This document shows, one piece after another, positions 50,685 through 53,366 of a stretch of DNA of 53,366 bases (position 1 is the stretch's first letter; every line of letters begins with the position of its first letter). A program made the translations under genes and the position numbers. The notes beneath the pieces are model-generated. The model had not been told where the DNA came from and ran no database searches. It saw only the letters and a list, made by a program, of their open reading frames with translations. Source of the DNA: Myxococcota bacterium (GTDB lineage: Bacteria; Myxococcota; UBA4151); the NCBI GenBank assembly GCA_036338695.1, contig JAYZBQ010000063.1, forward strand, positions 1 through 53,366, in the 5' to 3' direction.

Positions 50685-52001
50685 CTAGAGCAGGTTAGCC
50701 GCTTCTTCAGCGAGCTCAGAGCGCTCACCCTTGGCGAGCGTGATGTGCGCAGCGAGCGGCGAGTTCGCAAAGGCATTCACCACATGCACCAGCCCGTTGT
50801 TGGAGACGTCGATGTAGGGATGATCGATCTGAAAGGGGTCGCCCGTCAGGATGATGCGCGTCCCCTCGCCCGCTCGTGTGATGATCGTTTTCACCTCATG
50901 CGGTGTGAGGTTTTGGCTCTCATCGATCACCATGAACTGGTTTGGAATCGAGCGCCCGCGGATGTAGCTGAGCGGCTCGATCTCCAGCAAACCTTGATCG
51001 ATCAGCTCATGGGCGCCGCGCCCGGCTCGCTTTTGGTCCGCTGTCAGCCCGAGCAGAAAATCGACATTGTCGTAGATCGGCTTCATCCATGGATTAAGCT
51101 TCTCCTCGACCGTGCCGGGTAGATAACCGAGATCCCGCCCCAAGCTCAGCACCGGTCGGGCGACCAGCAGCTTCTGCGCCTCGCGCGTCTCGGTCACGGC
51201 GTGTAAGCCCGCAGCGATCGCAAGCAAAGTCTTCCCGGTGCCCGCTTTGCCGAGCAACGTGACGAGCTTGATCCTCGGATCATTGAGCGCATCGAGCGCC
51301 AGCTTCTGCTCGCGGTTGAGCGGCATCAGCCCCCAGGTATCGCGGCTGAGCCGATCCACCGGCCGAACCACCCCCTCAAAGGGGTCAAACTTCGCAAGCG
51401 CCGATTGCCGAGTCTCCACGGCGTTGAGCTGGATGTAGATGTTCGGTTTGAGCTCTTCACCGAGGTCGTCGGTCTCGAGCGCGCCGACGGCGTAGAGCTT
51501 ATCGATCATGCCGGGGTCGACGTCGCGCTGGATGAACCCCGAATAGAGGTCGTCCGGTGAGCGGCGGCGGTTGTCGTCGTAATCTTGCGCCTCGAGCCCG
51601 AGGCCGTCGGCGCGCAGACGCAGGGTGATGTCCTTTGAGACCAGCACCGTCTTAATCGACGGCTCCTTCTGCTGGATCTCCACAGCGACCGCCAAGATCA
51701 TATTGTCCACTGTATTGGACATCTGAAACTCGGCAGGAAGGCGGCGGTCCGTGAAGGCCACGCGCAGCGTCCCGCCGTTCTCAAGCGGGACCCCATCCAT
51801 CAAGCTTCCCTGATGACGGAGGCGGTCGAGCGAGCGCGAGGCTTGGCGGGCGTTACGCCCCAACTCGGAGGCGTTGCGCTTGAACGTGTCGATCTCCTCG
51901 ATCACATAGATCGGGACGATCACGTCATTGTCGTCAAAGTGGAGCAGCGCATCAGGGTTGTGGAGTAGGACGTTCGTATCGAGGACGAAGCGTTTCACCA
52001 T
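50685..52001 (-). CDS. PhoH2-type protein (PIN ribonuclease fused to PhoH ATPase)
   Basis: FVLDTNVLLH, DNMIL, SKD..LR; Walker A GKAGTGKT; LGYLPG, IRGRS, DESQNLT, TGDPFQID, RSELA. Confidence 0.93.
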   Translation of the reverse strand: MVKRFVLDTNVLLHNPDALLHFDDNDVIVPIYVIEEIDTFKRNASELGRNARQASRSLDRLRHQGSLMDGVPLENGGTLRVAFTDRRLPAEFQMSNTVDNMILAVAVEIQQKEPSIKTVLVSKDITLRLRADGLGLEAQDYDDNRRRSPDDLYSGFIQRDVDPGMIDKLYAVGALETDDLGEELKPNIYIQLNAVETRQSALAKFDPFEGVVRPVDRLSRDTWGLMPLNREQKLALDALNDPRIKLVTLLGKAGTGKTLLAIAAGLHAVTETREAQKLLVARPVLSLGRDLGYLPGTVEEKLNPWMKPIYDNVDFLLGLTADQKRAGRGAHELIDQGLLEIEPLSYIRGRSIPNQFMVIDESQNLTPHEVKTIITRAGEGTRIILTGDPFQIDHPYIDVSNNGLVHVVNAFANSPLAAHITLAKGERSELAEEAANLL

Positions 52002-52107
52002 GTGCCGGGACCTCACTCTATGGTGGGTCCGGGATAGGTCGCATCGACGCCGCTTGGCAAGCCATTGTGGCATCGCGCCAGCGCCGGTCCGCGGCCTGCG
52101 CGTTCGG

Positions 52108-52401
52108 TCACTTCAGCTCGATCTCGAGTTCGTCCTCAGCGATGACACCAAGCTCTTGACGCACCAGCTTCTCTCGATGCGGGGAGAAGAGCGAATCCCC
52201 CTCGAGTCCTTCACTCTGCTGAGCGATCTTGTGCTCCAGCGCCAGCGCCTTGCGTTTGGCGGCGTCGCGCCGAACCTCGAGGCGTCCGAGGTTGCGGCGC
52301 TGCTCCTCAAGACGGTTGACGCCTTCGGGGCCGGCGACGACCAACGCCGCGGCACCGATGGTGCTCATCACCGCCACAAACATAATCACCGCCCGGTTCA
52401 T
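52108..52401 (-). CDS. FtsB/DivIC-like septum formation initiator
   Basis: Single TM helix, GPEG, coiled coil, EKLVRQELGVIAEDE motif. Confidence 0.65.
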   Translation of the reverse strand: MNRAVIMFVAVMSTIGAAALVVAGPEGVNRLEEQRRNLGRLEVRRDAAKRKALALEHKIAQQSEGLEGDSLFSPHREKLVRQELGVIAEDELEIELK

Positions 52402-52473
52402 CGTCGCTCCCACCTCCCCCTTTCGGTACGCGAGCGGTTGCGCTTAAGGGACGATGCGGGTTCAACTTAACCT

Positions 52474-53366
52474 ATGAGAGTTCACTACGCCCCCCTCGCC
52501 GCCCTCTTGCTCGCCGCCTGCAGCAGCTCAGGACCGTCTGAAGAGCTCCCGGTGCTCAGCCTCGCCGAGACCGATCTACCGGGCGTCTTTGAGGTCACCG
52601 CAGTGGGTATGGATGAAGCGGCAGGCTTCACCTTTACCTGTGACGACCAAGTCACCGGGACCCCTACCCTGATCGACGGCCTGTGGCTCGCCGCTCGAGA
52701 CCGAGTCGAGGTGGAAGCGCGCTGTGGGCTCCAAGGGGTGACGCTCGCAGGTGGAGCCCTCGGGACCGGGCAGCGGACGCTACGCCCGGGCATGCTCGAG
52801 GCTCAAGCGCAGCTTCTCGACCCGATCGGCGACTCGGGGCTTGATCCTTGGGAGCAGCGTGCGCTTGGCGACGCGCTCAGCGAGTCGCTGCCCCTAGGGG
52901 TGCAGGCGCTGGCATGGCGCGACGAGCGGCGCCGGCTGGTGCTGCAGGATGCCCAAGGGCGCTCGATCTGGGCGCGACGCTGGGGAGCTGGCGGCGTCGA
53001 GACACAGCTGCTTGAGGGCGACGGGCGACCCGGCTGCGACGGCTCAACCGACTGCGCCGAGCGGCTGCTTGCGTTCTTTGAGAACCCGCAGGCACCGGAT
53101 CTGCTCGCCTTGCCCGACACCAACGCCACCGTTCCAGGGCTTCAAGCGCACAGCTTTGGCGCCGACACGACGCGAGAGGGTGCGGCGTTTTTAGCTTGGG
53201 GTGCTGGTGTTGACGCATCGAGCACACGCTCAACGCTTGACAGCGTCGACGTGGCGCCGACCCTGGCGGCTGCGCTGGGCCTCGGCGAAACGCTCGGCCG
53301 CGCGCCCGACGGCGCGCTGGGTCTCACCGCGCTGGCGCGCGTGGACGGTCAGGCGCAACCCGGCGT
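52474..53366 (+). CDS. Lipoprotein, 3'-truncated, with alkaline-phosphatase-superfamily-like motif
   Basis: Absent from the ORF track (no stop in window). ATG 52474: MRVHYAPLAALLLAAC lipobox; frame open to the end; ...APDL...FLAWGAGV...VDVAPTLAAALG...VDG. Confidence 0.7.
   Translation, partial: MRVHYAPLAALLLAACSSSGPSEELPVLSLAETDLPGVFEVTAVGMDEAAGFTFTCDDQVTGTPTLIDGLWLAARDRVEVEARCGLQGVTLAGGALGTGQRTLRPGMLEAQAQLLDPIGDSGLDPWEQRALGDALSESLPLGVQALAWRDERRRLVLQDAQGRSIWARRWGAGGVETQLLEGDGRPGCDGSTDCAERLLAFFENPQAPDLLALPDTNATVPGLQAHSFGADTTREGAAFLAWGAGVDASSTRSTLDSVDVAPTLAAALGLGETLGRAPDGALGLTALARVDGQAQPG

Noticed and set aside
50685..52001. phoH as a phage marker, or a toxin-antitoxin module
   Set aside because: It is the ordinary chromosomal PIN-PhoH fusion next to asnS. 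No phage genes or clear antitoxin are present.

Overview
High-GC, gene-dense chromosomal segment with many stop/start overlaps. It is most consistent with a Myxococcota/deltaproteobacterial genome: it has Myxococcus-type Cys-rich repeat lipoproteins, an AgmX/PglI-like C-terminal domain protein, a bactofilin, a Cys-rich Pal and the acpP-fabF-rpiB-glyA-ribD order. Core genes: pgsA, dusA, dksA, epmA, trmB, fbaA, elbB, pyrE, ribD, glyA, rpiB, fabF, acpP, cpoB, pal, PBP1A, MATE, asnS, PhoH2 and an FtsB-like gene. Two tRNAs (Gly-GCC, Cys-GCA) lie on the minus strand. Two CDSs truncated by the window edges are missing from the ORF track. I found no integrase, transposase, CRISPR array or rRNA. The most striking observation is a pair of overlapping paralogous hybrid histidine kinases (12354-16938) with mirror-image degeneration. 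Kinase 1 keeps the H-box and HPt His but has lost its ATP-lid motifs. Kinase 2 has a canonical ATP-binding domain but an H+1 Glu->Gln H-box and no HPt His. This suggests an obligate heterodimeric, trans-phosphorylating phosphorelay (inference). Other items: a rhomboid protease with one in-frame TGA, a one-Cys (probably Zn-free) DksA, two paralogous surface lipoproteins with different C-terminal heads flanking an ArsR gene, a putative clan-CD-like protease, and sigma54- and sigma28-like promoters. Family calls rest on motif recognition by eye; no database searches were run.
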